The notes under the pieces were generated by a model, which was not told where the DNA came from, did not search any database, and saw only the letters and a list, made by a program, of their open reading frames with translations. 64,000 bases of DNA from Podarcis cretensis (taxonomy: Eukaryota), in NCBI GenBank assembly GCA_951804945.1, contig OX638154.1:51646001-51710000 (forward strand), given 5' to 3'. Of the stretch, positions 24,102 to 38,643 are shown in pieces (position 1 is the first letter of the stretch; each line of letters starts with the position of its first letter). Position numbers and translations under genes: made by a program.

Positions 24102-27100
24102 TATGTTTTCCAGAAACTCCCAGCTGGGTGAGTGCTTATGAGGCTGTTAGCCTGCCAGGACCCAAAATCCCACATGCAAGCCCATTTCTAATTGGGCTCT
24201 TGTTTTCATAGATCATTGTGACAAGATCCATTTTTTTTCTGGAGTGTGGTACAAAAGAGGACCATGGACAGCATTAGCTACAATAGTATCAGGGCTGGTG
24301 GGGGGTGCTGAGTGTTCTCACTCTTATAGGGGGCTTCAATCACACTTTAAAGAACACACTATCTCTTAAAAGTGGTCATTAGATACAATTCTGACTTGCA
24401 ACCTTCCAATCCCTCTCTCTCAAATTCCAGTTTCAAGTAAACATCAGCTGCATTTACCATGATTAAGTAGCTATTAAGGAAGGAACTAATTTTGGTATAT
24501 GGATTTTTCTTGGGGATTCTGCTGCCTTGTACCCCTGTCTGAACCATTCATCTTTGTTAAGTCCAGGGCAGGCTGAGTAACAGGAGAGGATTTTCCCACT
24601 AGCGCAGAGAGAAGTCGTACTGAAGCAATACTCACTCAGAAAGTTGGAAAATAAAGAAATAACCCTTTATTGTTTTTTGTCCTTGTCACTACTGGAGAAA
24701 ATTTGAACTTTCAGGCCTAGCAAGCAATTTGATACCACAGGCACTCTGTTAGGGCCATGGCAGTGTGGTGTGGAAGAAGAAATCTAGAATAGTAGGTAGA
24801 TCATTCAGGAGCAGTCTTGTGTATCTAAGCTGAATAGTGGAAGAGCAATATAGTGCTGAGATGTGGGGGGTATACTGAGACATTGAGAAGGCATTCTGCA
24901 TCACAACACAGATCACAGTTTTTCCTCTCAGCCTAATCCTGTGAGTTCAAGAACCCAGCTAATTTGAACTGGGTTTGCAGCTGGCTGAAGCAGCAAGAAG
25001 GAAAGGGGAAGCAGTTTGGATCAGCCCTTGAGGCTATTTGTGTACTCATTAATTTGGGTAGAATTGCATGTTACGTTTCTCACACAAACCTAGCCGCAAA
25101 ACCGCTGCATAAAGGACATGCTCAAAGCCATAGGTAATGCAGAGGTCTGCATACTTAATACTTCAGCCACAGGGATGGAACAGCATTAGGAGTACCTGCT
25201 CAGGGCAAAACCTAGCTCATAGGCAAAATAAGAAACACTACAGTTCCTAGCCTCAACTTCAGGACCTCAGGGGTAGTAGTAGAGAAAGTGTGGTCAAGCA
25301 CTGTGCCAGCAGCCTGCAGAGGGTGTAGCTGCGCTAGAATTGGGAGCGGAAAAAGGATTTGCCCAGCAAAACAGCTGCCTGGTGCTGCCAGTGCTGGTTA
25401 TGAGCCCTTGTGAATCTCAAGTCAGTGTGTCATTCTCCATGTGACTTGCACAGACCGTAAGGAGTGGAAGTGGCTAGCTCATTGTTGCTCTTGATAGGTC
25501 TGGATGTCAAACCACAGAGAGAGCATCTTTAGCACTGAACCTTGGAGAGAATTTACAGCCAGGGATTAATAGAATTAAATAAGCACAATCACGCTAGCAT
25601 GTTAATTATTTATCTACACTCTTGCTGTGCTAGAGCAATGCTTGTATTTGAGCTCCTCCTGTTGGACTGTTGCCTGTACTGCAGACAGGCTGTGCCCACA
25701 AGATACTCAAAGCAGGTGGTCTGCCAGACTGTGGATAAATATTAGGCAATTTTGAGGTGGGGCCAGTCTTCCTCCTCGGCTCAGTGAGTGAGCAAGTGAG
25801 ATTCCTTCTGTCACCGACTAGCGAGCTGGAGTGCTTCCTCCTTCTCCTCCCCCCGCACGGTCGCATGCAAATAGGAAGCAGATGCTGTGTGTTGTGCAGT
25901 AAGTGAATTAGCTAGAGCTCTTTTCCTTATATCTGTCAATGAGATGAGAAGACTAGTTGGCCTAGTCCCAACATGGATGGTTGGCCTACTCCCAACATTT
26001 CCAGGCATTTCATTCTCTGATCAGTTAATGGAGACCAGGTATACTTTTGTCATCTACAAAAGCAGTATCTACACTGAATTATTGGACTGTTGTGAAGAGC
26101 TGTTAACCTATCCCTGCCTCACTTTAATCATGTCAGCATAGTTGGTAGGTGGTGGCTGCAATGCTCCAAATAGATCAAAGAGGGCAAAACTACAGGCCAT
26201 GGAGCAAGTCCCTCTGTATATGTGTTGTTGTAAAAAGAGGGTGTCCTGTTTCACTCTGAATCATTTCCTTATACACCTTAGAGACTCCTAATGGTTGTAG
26301 ATTTTGTCTCTTGCTTCAACTAATAATTGTCCTAACATCTCCATTGCAGAACCAGAAATATCACCCAGCATTTTTGGCACTCAGCATTTCCTTCCCCTAA
26401 TTCTATCCTGCTGGATAGATTTACAACTCCCAGACTGCCATGCACCCCTCCTTATTTGGGAAGCCACAAAGAAGTCAGTTACTGAAGAAGCCCTGCAGAT
26501 TCTGCTTAGCAACCACCTGCTAAGGCAATATGTTCATTGTTGCCCCTTGAAATGATAATGAAAGACTAGCAAATGCTTCCAAGCATCTGAGCTGCATCTT
26601 TTCCAACTCTTCCTTTCCAACCATCTGCCATAGCATTAGAACCTATCAGACACTCTAGCAAGGTGCAGATATTTAGTTGTATGGTGATGGTCACAGCTAG
26701 AAAAGAGCAGTATGGCTTGTTCCTCACTGTATCGCCTTTCCCCTCTCCAAGTATCCTGCCATGCCTCCCATTTCCAAAATCCTCCTTGGCCATCTGAGCA
26801 CAGAACAAAGACCTCACTGGGGTTTGCTAAGAGACTGCCTGTCACTTTAAGAGCTCAAAGCAAGTATGACAGCAAGTGTGCAGTAACAACATCTCCTGCC
26901 CTGCTAATTAATTTGCTCACCCTTCTCTCGTCTCCTGTAGCAAGCAGGGTGCAAGTAAGGGAAGAGATCATTGGAGCAGGAGGTACATAACTGCATACTC
27001 AGTTACTGCCATCAAGCTCCTGTGGCAGCGAGGGATTTCTGGAGGGTGAGCGCCTCAGTTATCCCCAGTTGCTTTCCTTCCAGGCATTCATTGGGTCCAT

Positions 27101-28359
27101 CAAAACTACATGCAAGTTCCCATGGCCGTATCTGCATACTGTGCTGCAATATGTCCTAGAAGTTGGAGGATTTCAGTGACAGACGTGACTGCAATTTGAC
27201 ACATTGCCAGTGATTGATTCAGAAGCCATTCTTTTCCCATTTAAGAAGTTTTTTTGACTTTGTATTGGTCAATGGCTGTGTTAACATGGGTGCTGCCATC
27301 ATTAATACACTGGTAGTACACTAATGCACTAGCTTGCTATGGTTATGCTAGAGCACTGCCTGGAGTTCAGGGTTTAGGAATCATAACCTCTTGATGGGCA
27401 CAGCAAACATGCTGGAACCAAACCATGTAGCTAGCAAGGTTTGCATCATCCCAGCCTGCTAAAAAAATAGAGACATTGCCAACTTCTTCTCTAGCTGTGC
27501 TTCTGCACCTTTAACAAAAGGAATATTATCCTTTCAGTTGTTGGACCTGCCAAGAAAAGCTTCACCTGCTGAATTTCTGCTGGCCATACAGGACATCTTC
27601 CAGGAAAAAAGTTGACAACTCTTTATTCAAATTGGTGTCTGTCCCCCTCCCTGCCTGAAAAACCCCACCCCATACATACACGCTGCTGTTGCTGTCTTAG
27701 ATTGGGTAATACGAGGTTCTTGTTGGGCCCAAATTGCAAGAGTGAATGTGCACATCCCAGTACTGCAAAGCTGTTTTGCCCGTGGACAGAGGAGAGGAGT
27801 TAGGTAACAGTGGGATGAGCCCTTTACTTGGTGTAGCCCATCTGAAAAAACTGCTTGATGGGTTTCAGCTGCATTTGGGGCACCTCTCTTTCCCTGCCTT
27901 ATTTACTCATTTGCCCGCCATTAAGGGGGAAACAGGTGCACATTAATTCATCAGCAGAGTTTAAATTAAATCATTTCACTTCTAAACAAGTCACTCATTT
28001 GCAGGCGTATTTAATTAGCACTTCTTCACTGCCAGGTGGATGCTGCTTTTCTCACCTGTTTGCCCTCTTATGGGGTCGTTGGTGATAGAACATGGGAGAT
28101 TTTTCACCTCCGCATTGCAGAGCAAGACAATTGCTGTAGTGATACTGCTGATGCTACACTCTGGGGGATTGGGTGAAGCTATGCCATCCTCGCCTTTATC
28201 TTCCATGTCATTGCAGCCGTCTCAGTGTGACTCTGACTGAGCAGAGGTGTGTTTTGTGCTTCAGTCTCTACCCTTAGGGCAAGGCCTCCAGGAGGGTTCT
28301 GAATGAGGCTTTTCTGCACAGAAGTTCTACACAGTCTGAAGTGATGTGGCCCACTTTAT

Positions 28360-28655
28360 ATCCCAGTATAGGACCACATATGGCTCACAGAATGAATTAA
28401 AACAAATGTGGCTTAAAGACACACAAGCAATATAAGATTTTTTAAAAAAATAAGTATATTAAAAAGAGCACCAAAACCACTCAGAATACACTGCCACAGC
28501 AGCCGGTAAATGACCAAAGGCCTGTCTAGACAAAAAAGTATTTGCCTGCCAGCTAAAGAAAAGCTGGGTGGGGGGGCAGCCTAACCTACTGTGGAAGAGA
28601 TTTCCACAATCTTGGAACAACCACCGAGAAGGCCCTCTCTTGTGTCCTAACCAAA
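28360..28655 (-). mobile_element. L2-clade LINE 3' fragment
   Basis: Minus-strand ...WQANTFLSRQAF, and similarity to the 20787-21177 copy (ccaaaggcctg..., accaccgagaaggcc). Confidence 0.6.
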
Positions 28656-28716
28656 TGCACCTGTGAAAGTGCACTGTTGCCCATTCATCTCTTTGTATCT
28701 TACCAGTGCAATGGTT

Positions 28717-28766
<50 letters not shown>
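28717..28766. repeat. Compound (TG)11(AG)14 microsatellite
   Basis: Read directly from sequence. Confidence 0.95.
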
Positions 28767-28770
<4 letters not shown>

Positions 28771-30503
28771 CATCTTCCTACTTGTTTGCTGAGGATATTA
28801 CCATATTTATTGAAATGTGGCCTGAAATATAATATTAGGCTTGGGATTGGCTATATTTGCTATGCTTGTCTTGAGCTGTAAAAAAATCCTGCCAAGACAC
28901 AAAATGCTTCCCTACCATTGATTTATTGCAGAGAGAGGATAGTTTACAAAAAACACAAGTGGAATTCCTCTCTGCTAGGGGAAAACAAAAGACATCTGGG
29001 TGCCAAATGGACAGGTCCAGGTAGCTATGGACCAGAAACCTGGCTTGTTTCTGTTATGTGTGACATGTGCTTAGTGTGACTTGAGCCCTAGCCTTGAGCT
29101 GCAGGGAGCTGGGCTGTGTCTACTCCTGCCACTTTGCACTGCACTGCCTGCTTATTACTCTGATAATAGAAGATTATAGGGTTCCTGTTGGAAACGTCTA
29201 TTTACATCCTGCATTTCCCAAACCACCCATTAGCAGTGCTGTGATGTCATATCCTCCCTGCTGAGACAGTGGAAATCTCTTTTATGTGCTGCATTGCTCT
29301 TCTTTGAAAGGAATACCCATTGCCACTGAACCTAACATGGGATGCTGTTTTCCTGAAAGGCCTGTGCAATTTTTTGGACTTAAACCTGTCATTCCTCCAA
29401 GTGAACCAGCCCGTGTGCATTTTTGTTTATGACTGCCTCAGCCTGTTGCTCCTGTAATGCAGTGGGAGAAAAGCCCTTAGACAAGGAAACTTCCCAGCAA
29501 TGGTTGGGAGGAGTCAGACTAGGAGAAGTGCCAACACTACCTATACTGAGCTGCTTTGACTTTGTTGCTCGTGTGCATTCTACTATTCTATAAAGTGCTT
29601 GCTCTGGTTTTGCTCAGACAGTTTTGTCTGCCATGCTGTGCCTGTGGGAAACTGAAAAAGCAGCTCTCTGTCCATTGCAGTCTGCATCATGTAGGACTCT
29701 TACCTAAATTGCCATGTCAGGCATGAAACAGATCGCATGCCAAGTGTTAACTGGATATCACAATCAGGTGTTTTAAGTTTTGCAGGAGAGCAGGCAGTAG
29801 TTGCCGATCTAGTCCTGCCAACTACACTGAGAATTGTGGCAAAAACATTGATCAAAGCAGACCAGTGCATTGGATACATATGCTTGGATGGGCACAGCTT
29901 CTCCAGCATTTGCTCCATGAACCCATGTTGAAGATGCAGGTGTGAGTTCTCAGCCACTCAAAAATGAAGGAACTTGTACATAGAATTATAGAGTATGATC
30001 CAGCTGAGAGATTTCTCTGGCTGAGCCCACATAAGAGGAACCAACTGCTAAAGTTCCTATTTAAATTCCACCTGAGTGCTTCTCCACAACCTGTTTCTCA
30101 TAGAAGGCAGGAAGGGAACATTTACTCTGCAGTCCTGTACTTCTGTAGGACAATGTAGGGTTGGATTGTGTTTTTCCTTCCTTTCATTGCTCTTTAGTTT
30201 TCTGGCAGTTGCACATTTGACTTACTGTAAAAAAAACACCTCCCTTTTTACTAGTAGCTCTGGTTTGCCTGACACAGTAGATATCACTGTGGCAGAAGGG
30301 GAGAGAGGACTTAAGCGTTCAGGGATTTGGGTCTGGTTTAAAGGCCAAATTTATATGGTGATCTGCAAAAGGGTCTAGGTACCAGGGTGGTTGTATCTTT
30401 GCTGCAGAGTACTGTTGGAAGGAATTCACTGTCAAAACAGTTCTTACCATTAGCAAGTTTCTCCTAATATTTGGTCAAAAAATGCTCCCTTGCAATTTTC
30501 ATA

Positions 30504-30865
30504 AAGGTAAAGGTACCCCTGCCCATACGGGCCAGTCATGTCCAACTCTAGGGTTGTGCGCCCATCTCACTTAAGAGGCCGGGGGCCAGCGCTGTCCGGA
30601 GACACTTCCGGGTAACGTGGCCAGTGTGACGAAGCTGCTCTGGCGAGCCAGCACCAGCGCAGCACACGGAAACGCCGATTACCTTCCCGCTATAAAGCGG
30701 TACCTATTTATCTACTTGCACTTAGGGGTGCTTTCGAACTGCTAGCTGGGCAGGAGCTGGGACTGAAAGACGGGAGCTCACCCCGCCACGGGGATTCGAA
30801 CCGCCGACCATGCGATCGGCAAGCCCTAGGCACTGAGGTTTTACCCACAGCGCCACCCGCGTCCC
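30504..30865 (-). mobile_element. Sauria SINE, full length
   Basis: tRNA-like head with box B GGTTCGAATCC (30792-30802, minus), (ACCTTT)n tail, 13-bp TSD TGCAATTTTCATA (30491-30503 and 30867-30879). Confidence 0.92.
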
Positions 30866-31509
30866 ATGCAATTTTCATACAATGGTTCTAATCCTGCCAT
30901 CTGGAGCAACACAGACTCATCCTAGATGCAAACAACACTGTTCATGCCTAAGAGAGAATATATCTACTATACATATTTGCTTCTGTCCTCAAGCTTATTT
31001 TTAAAGATGTTACAGTATTTTGCCCAATAATGCCTCTAAGACAGTTGGGAGTTGTATTTTTTCACTGGGCCCAGATTTGCAGAGATGCTGCACATCAGAG
31101 GATTTACTCATGAGACAACTTTCACCAACTCAAGATGAATCACTGCTTTTGACTTTTAGAGAATTCACACAGTGCAAAAAGTATTTAATTGCTGCATTGA
31201 TTGTAAAGGGCCAATTCAATTTTTGGGGTTGACTTTCAAGATAGGCAAGGCTTCCCCCCCTTTTTTGGGGGGGGGTCTGCCCAGACTGAATGTGCCGATG
31301 GCAAATCAATCTGAAAGCTGATTCACAAGCTCTCGCATATGAAACTTTCTTTCCATACTGTTTCACATTCTAGGGTGGCTGGTGTTTATTTCAGAGTTGA
31401 AAGGTATACATGCACACAGAAGTGTGAAAGCTTGTAATCGTGCCATGAATTGAGAGAGACAGAAAGAACTTGTGTTTTAGCACTCCTTTTCTCCTCTTCT
31501 TTGTTGCAG

Positions 31510-31633
31510 TCGATTGATCCCGGGCAGCAGTTCACCTGGGAGAACTCCAACCTGGAAGTGAACAAACCAAAGAACCGCTATGCAAACGTGATTGCCTATG
31601 ACCATTCACGTGTCATTCTGACCTCCATTGATG
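31510..31633 (+). CDS. PTPRF: PTPRF exon, PTP-D1 with KNRY pTyr-recognition loop
   Basis: ttgcag/gtaagt boundaries, 124 nt; [27 protein letters not shown]. Confidence 0.97.
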
Positions 31634-31829
31634 GTAAGTGTTGTTAGCAGCACCTCATGCTAACAAAATTCTCAGTGCATCAGACCTGAGGTTCAAATCC
31701 CCGTTTCATGTGATGTCAAGTAACTGTACCATGTTCCAGCTCTGGTAAACAGGTTTGCAGGGTTTTGTCCAGTTTCAGAACTGGAAAACCCATTTTATCA
31801 GTGAAAATTAGGCAGAAGTAAAGTGTGTT

Positions 31830-32180
31830 CCAGGGGTGGAGAGCATTTGCAGACTACAGGCTGTATTCTCCCCTGGACAACCTTTCAGGGAACACATGCC
31901 AGTACTGGGTGGCAGCTGAAGCAAAAATGGCAGAGCAGCAAATGTTAATGTTTTACCTTTTGTACAGCTGACTAGTTACATACACCCCTTTGTATCCTCC
32001 ACCCAGGCACGTGTAAGGCGTTATCAGAGTTCAATGACACATTCCAGCCAGGCAAAAACACTCAAAGAGAGTGTGATGCAGGGTCAGTGAAGGGCATGCC
32101 TGGGGAGGGTGTACTTGACCAGATGGAGAGGTTTGGGGGGCTGTGTTTGGCCCCCAGTCCAGAGGTCCCCCACCCCCAGA
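31830..32180. mobile_element. Degraded hAT-like non-autonomous element
   Basis: Ends ccaggggtgg...cccacccc resemble hAT-type termini; no TSD recognised. Confidence 0.35.
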
Positions 32181-32308
32181 GTACATCATAGGAAGCCTCT
32201 CCCCAACCACTTTCACATCTCTTAACAACTACTCCCTGTAGTACAGTCTGTTTCCACTACCAGCATGGTCCAGGATTCTGGCAACCCCTTGTTTTCTCAA
32301 CCCCCTGA

Positions 32309-32644
<336 letters not shown>

Positions 32645-35600
32645 TAAGTGCAGGCCTCTGAGGAAAATAGAATATAACATTATAGACAAAGATGGTACTA
32701 GGATTTTAATGCCAGCGTGATCATCAAGCATAGCCTCCCCACCTTGACCTGTTCTAGAAATCCATAACTGAATACTTTTTATATCAGATTCCAATGGCCT
32801 AAATGAGTGATGTGACATGGGGGAATGGTAATTTCTATGGCTGTTTCACAGTCTGATGGAGTTTTTGCTTCATCAGTGAATCATGGTGGGAATCTTATCC
32901 CATAGAGCTACATACAAAGAATAAAAACTCAGCATGGCTTCCTGTGTGAAACAGTGGCTTGAGAGGCAGGGCTGTGGAGCTCCTCTCCAGCCTTATGCTC
33001 AAAGGCATAATGCAGATGTTCAAAGGCATTCAAAGTGGGAGGAAGGAATCGGAACCATTGTGGCAAGTCCCCGTCACCTTGCTGGACCCAACTTCCATTC
33101 ATTAGAGGACAAGTTTCTATACAGGCAACAACTCTTCATTTATGTGTGATGTATTTGCACACGACCAACATGTACAAGCAGTGCTGGGAACCCAGAAGAC
33201 AGTCCTCCTGGCTCACAAGGAGACCTTCCCCAGAGCCCAAAGAGGACCTCAATGTGAGGTCAGCTCAGCTGATGCACGGGGAAGCAGCAACAGTGGCTGC
33301 GCCACACCACATGTTAGCTGTTTGGCGGGGAGGTTGAGCAACTCAGTAAAGCCCCACTGCCCCTCCAGCTCGCAAGGAAACCCTCTTTGGTGGGTCTAGG
33401 GTGAGTCTCCATGCAAGTCACTAGGATTCTCCAAGTTGCTCCCCATTTTACACAATTTTACGTGTGCATGCAGGGGCCCAGAATGTAGCTATCACATAAA
33501 TGGATAGTTGCTTTTTAGTATGATATGTGCTGGCAAAGGGGGCGGGGGGAGGCTCTTCATGCATAGGCTATTGTGCAGATGTGTCCTCCAACACATGGAG
33601 GTCAGACATAACAAATAGTGAGATCTGATTTCAATCCCTATCCCCATGTTTACTCTTTGAATGTGCACAGGGATTTCTGAAGGGTTCTTTCACCCCCATA
33701 TAGCTGTGCCCTTCCCAGTTGCCTGGGTGTCACTGAGCTTAAGATGCATGTGTTTAAAGATATCCTCAGAGACATGGATTTCAGTGTGGAGAACCTTGGG
33801 CGGAGGGTTCCCCAGAAAGTACCATCTTTTGTAGTGAACATTTATGCTCACAGAATATTTTATGTTTCCATGCCAACCACAGGGCAGGGAGATGTGCACT
33901 TGGACTGTGGTTTACTCGTCTCTTTAGTCAAATAGACTTGAGTCAGGAGATTGGAAATGGGGAATTTGCAGAGAGAGGGAAGTAGCTGAATGAAGGGGGG
34001 TGATGTATGTGGAGGGAGAAAAGACAAACGCAGGCATGTATCCTTCCTTGCTTTGCTGAGTTTTATTGCTGAAAGCAGAACACCAGTGCTTTGTGTGATA
34101 AGAGGACAACAGAACTGAGTTACAGAGAGTGCAATAGGGACCAGCCTATGCTCCATCCTAGGCAAAAAGGAATCAACCCCAGATTCTTGTAGAAAAAGCT
34201 TGTCGGTATTGATGGATGGTGTGGGGGGTACCTGTTAAGTGTATCTCCCCCTGCCCCCTTAAGCATTCAGTCAGCAGTGTGAAAGTAGCCTCCTTCATCA
34301 CGGATTTGCACAGCTGTTGCTAAGTCTTTGCCAGTGCCTAATAAGAAATGTTAGGCTGGATCAGACCAGTGGTCCATATAGTTGACTTCCTGACACTGCC
34401 CCCACCCCCAGATATAATAGACATTTTTACAAAGTAGGAATGAAAATGAGAATCTGTTCTCTGTTGCTATTCTCCCACCATCTGACGTAGTGGCCATTTA
34501 TGTTTCTTTCCTTCCCATATTTTATCTAGCCTGATTTGAAAACAATTTGTTCTAGCTGCATAACAGCATTCTGCAGCGAAGTTAATCATGCATTCTGTAG
34601 CGAAGTTTGTTTAACTAAAAAACCATTCATTTTAATTTCAATGAATAGCCTCAAGGTTTATGACAATTTCCCCTTGTCATTCTTCCTATACCATTCTTGA
34701 TCTCTATCCAGCCCCTCCTCAGTAATGTTTTTCCCCCAAAGCTAAATAACCCTCCAAACCTTTTTCCACAAGGATGATTGACCTGTTGTATTTTCTTGTC
34801 CTTTTCTGTACCAGCTGCTGTCCTATAATGTCCCTTTTTTTGTGGGGAGGGCAACCAGAGTGATACTTAACTTAAAGCTAACCTAGTTTTCTGGAGCAGG
34901 TAATGGCTGCTGCAAACATACCAAAGTGGCGGCAACTTTGTGCATTAAGCAGTTCCCCACCACCACTCCAATGCGATTCTTCTCCTTCACGTTTGTCTTG
35001 AGAGAGCTAAAATTGAGAGAATAGGTTGGGAGTTAGTTTACACAAACAGTTTGCCAAGTAGACATGCCTCCGTGTGCTTGCATTTAAGCAGCAGACACAG
35101 TATTTGTCTGTGGTTATTAACTGGGCCATGGAACTCCAATACAGGCTTTTCAGTTTTAGAATAGTGCTTGCATTTAAGGTAAACATGAAATGACCCTTTT
35201 TTGTGTGTCAGAATAAATGAATATCCAAAGTCCAGTTTGCTTTGTTTTGGGGCTGTCCAGCTATCAGAAGATGCTCCACAGAGTGTGTTTCTCCAAGATA
35301 ACATGTTCTGTAAGGCCCTTTGGGCACTTGTCTCTCTCCTGCCTTGCTTCTTGTTGAGATGCACATTATCTCCTAGTAGCACACTTCCCCTCCTCCCCCT
35401 CCTAATTACTTCCTATGAAATGGAGGATGCAGTAGTACCCTCAAGGTGACATACTTCAGTGAGTTAGCATACCATCCAGCCAAGTATGGTGGGTGGGGAA
35501 GATTCACTGACACACTTGTTCGTCTGCATTGAACTGAGTTCATACCACTACTCTTTAGAAGCCTGCCTTACTACCAGTCACAGATATGATGCACCCACAT

Positions 35601-38523
35601 CAAGGGAACCGTCAGTTAAGTAGTCATAGTAGCTTCAGGGTGGAATCAGACAAACAGGTACCTGATGGGTGGGAGTAACAGATTGATCTAAACCAGGCAT
35701 AGGCAAACTTGGCCCTCCAGATGTTTTGGGACTACAATTCCCATCATCCCTGACCACTGGTCCTGTTAGCGTGATCTTAAACGCTAGCCTAGCACTTAGG
35801 GATTCTCCAAGTGAAAGGGTTCTCTCTGTCCTTTTCAGTGCATCTCTCTGTCTTTTTCAGTGCTTGCTCAAGCTTGCCCCTTTTCTTATCTCCAAGCTGT
35901 CTCCCAGCCTAGGACCTTTGAGAGCAGTTTCAGATGAGTGCTAGCAGGTAGCACTTTCTCAGGCCCAGCAGCAATGCTGTGTGTGGGTATTGTTGCTTTG
36001 GACTTTGACCTCGTGGATTTGGGGAGCTCAATGCTTCAAAAGGTTTCCACATCTTCTGAAGGGCAAGCAATACGGGGGGGGGGGGGAGCGGTATCTATTT
36101 GGTGCCTTGTTATGACCTGCAGGGCCTGGCAGCTTGCTGGTACATATCATCCTCACCTTTCATGTTTGCATACTACATAAAAGCATATTCATTCACTGCC
36201 TCCAAAGCTTTTGCAGTTGGCAGCAGAATCAGCAATATGTGAGTCTCCAGGGCCCTATGTGTTCTGGGGAACTGGCCCAGACTGCCTTTTCCATAGGAAA
36301 CTTCCCTTGCACCGCTCAATAGAAAGTGCCCTGAAGCCCAGGTATATTAGAGACCTCTCATCCCATTTTGCAGACAGTGGGTCTTGGGATGTGGCCTGCC
36401 TGGTAAAGATATTCTAAATCGGCTGTTCTTCCTTTGTAGCACTTGTATTAAGGGGGTCTCCTTATTTTCCCAGCGACTGAGGGAGCCACTGGGCACTGCC
36501 AGCAGTAAATGAATTTCCAGGTTGTAAGCGTGTTCGTGACATTAATGAGAAGCGAGTGATGCCAGAAGAAAGACTCTCTTATCTGGTTTAGTGCCATCGT
36601 GCATCAGCTTCAGCATAAAATTTACAGAGCTTGAAAATGGGGCATAAACATTATGGGTAAATTTGGCAGAAAATGTGAGTGACTCTTATCTGGTCATGAA
36701 TAAATAATTTTCAATTACCAGTTTGGGCTTTGCTATTAAACCCTAGGATAGAGTACTTGAAAGTTTGTTTTGTGTTTGAACATAAACACTGTAGTCTCCC
36801 CAGAGTTGGGCAGGAAAAGGGTGACATTTGCTGAAGAAGCAGTTGGACGCAGCCAGGCCTGCGCTGCCATTTGCTATATTAGCTGTCACTTGGGCGAGGC
36901 AGCTTACCAGTAAGCCAGACAACAAACCTTCCTTCTTGAGCACTTACTTCTGTGATCTCAGGAGAACCAGGATCCCAGCTACCTGTAGCTCCTCTACAGA
37001 CTTCCCCAACTGCCCAGGAAGTTGCTTCTGACCTTAAGCAGTGATTCTGAAGTGGAAGAAGTTGCACCCCGGCAGTTCTAGGGTGCACTTAAATCTCTTA
37101 TCTAGAAATGTTTACTAAGCCCACCCATTAAAATATCCTCAATCAATAGGCGGAACACCAATGATTTCTAATTAGGGTGTTGTTCCATGTCCTCCATTCC
37201 CTAGAAACACACACAGCTAATAATTGAGCTTACCATTACTTGACAGGTCCAGGTGATCCTCATTCATTCTCCCTTGTAGAGGTTCTGTTGTAGCCAGGCT
37301 TTAGTTGGGAAGGAAAAATAGGAAGAGGCAGAATAGGAAGCAGAGTACAAGGGACGGATGGGTGGATAGGTGAAGCAGGAGGTGGAGAGGAATAGCAGCA
37401 GACACACATTGAATTTAGTTTTTTAAATATGGGAGATTTGGGCAAAGGAACAAGACATCTTCCCTGTCACCTCTCTCCACCATGGAATAGAGGAGCAAGT
37501 CTATACAGAGAGCAATATGTTAGTGCTTCCCACTAATGCATCTTAGTCAAATGGGAGTGGGAAAATTCATCCTTGCTGTGTGGACTGCCCACAGCGCAGT
37601 TATAGACAGGAAGTACACTTCCAGCTCTTGGGCTTTGACAAAGAGAGAGAACTAGATGAAAATATGGTTTATAGCTTGATGCATCTCTCACATATTTGGC
37701 ACCTTCCCAGCAAAGCAGGCCAATCCTACTTCAGCAGAGAGCAGCATTTTCAGCTATCCTTTAGAGGGGCTCCTTCTAGCAGGCATACATAGGCATTTCT
37801 TCGGGGCCTGGAGAAGCTCAATATAAAACCCCCAAAATGTCCATTCTCTGGCTCCGTTTGACTCTTTTCTCTTGCTAGACTTTTTTTGGTTCAAACTGGC
37901 TGTCTCAGTTGCCCTTCAAGAATCTACTACTCCGTCTTCTCCTCTCCTGCTGTCTCCTGGAGAGGACATTGCCAGTGACCGTCATGGCAGGAACCCTGGC
38001 AGATTCCAAAGCAGAGGATGATAGACTGTGGCCAGGCTTCCCACATTCACCACTGAGGGGGAGGAAAGATCAGTACATTTGTCTACAGACACCAATCTTC
38101 TCAAAGAGCAGGGAAAGGACAGAAAATTACAGGGGAAGAAATTGCTTTTGAATAGACCATTTCTCTCTGTTGCACTCCCCTTGCCCATTAACATTCTTGC
38201 TCCTTATTCCTACCTTTGAGCACCAAGCATCTTGTCTTTCCTTGTTTCCTACCAGACCATCCAGTATTACTGGCCTTTTGCAGAACAAAGTAGAGGGTCA
38301 AACAAAAATACCTACTTGCTTTGTAAACCTCAGCCAAATGCAGTAAAGGTGTTTTGCATTTCTACACTACTCAGAGTGGGTCCACACCAGCCATTGGCTC
38401 CTAGCAGGGGCAATTTGAGTAAGGCGAGAAAACCAGGCTCTGAGGCATCTTAGGGGCATATGTGGAGCCTATTGATAACTTCACCCCCAAACACTGACCC
38501 ATTATTCCTTTTTCTCATTGCAG

Positions 38524-38643
38524 GTGAAGTGTGACCAGTACTGGCCAGGCCGTGGTACAGAGACCTATGGACTGATCCAGGTGACATTGCTGGACACAGT
38601 TGAACTTGCCACGTACACAGTTCGAACGTTCGCCCTCTACAAG
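38524..38643 (+). CDS. PTPRF: PTPRF exon, PTP-D1 (VKCDQYWP...FALYK)
   Basis: ttgcag/gtaaag boundaries, 120 nt. Confidence 0.97.

Noticed and set aside
23604-24211. Five overlapping 60-136 aa ORFs
   Set aside because: By-product of the GC-rich MITE interior; no transposase similarity.
26941-26954. 14-nt AG...GTAAGG cassette (possible poison exon)
   Set aside because: Frame-disrupting, and such pseudo-exons are common by chance; no supporting motif context.
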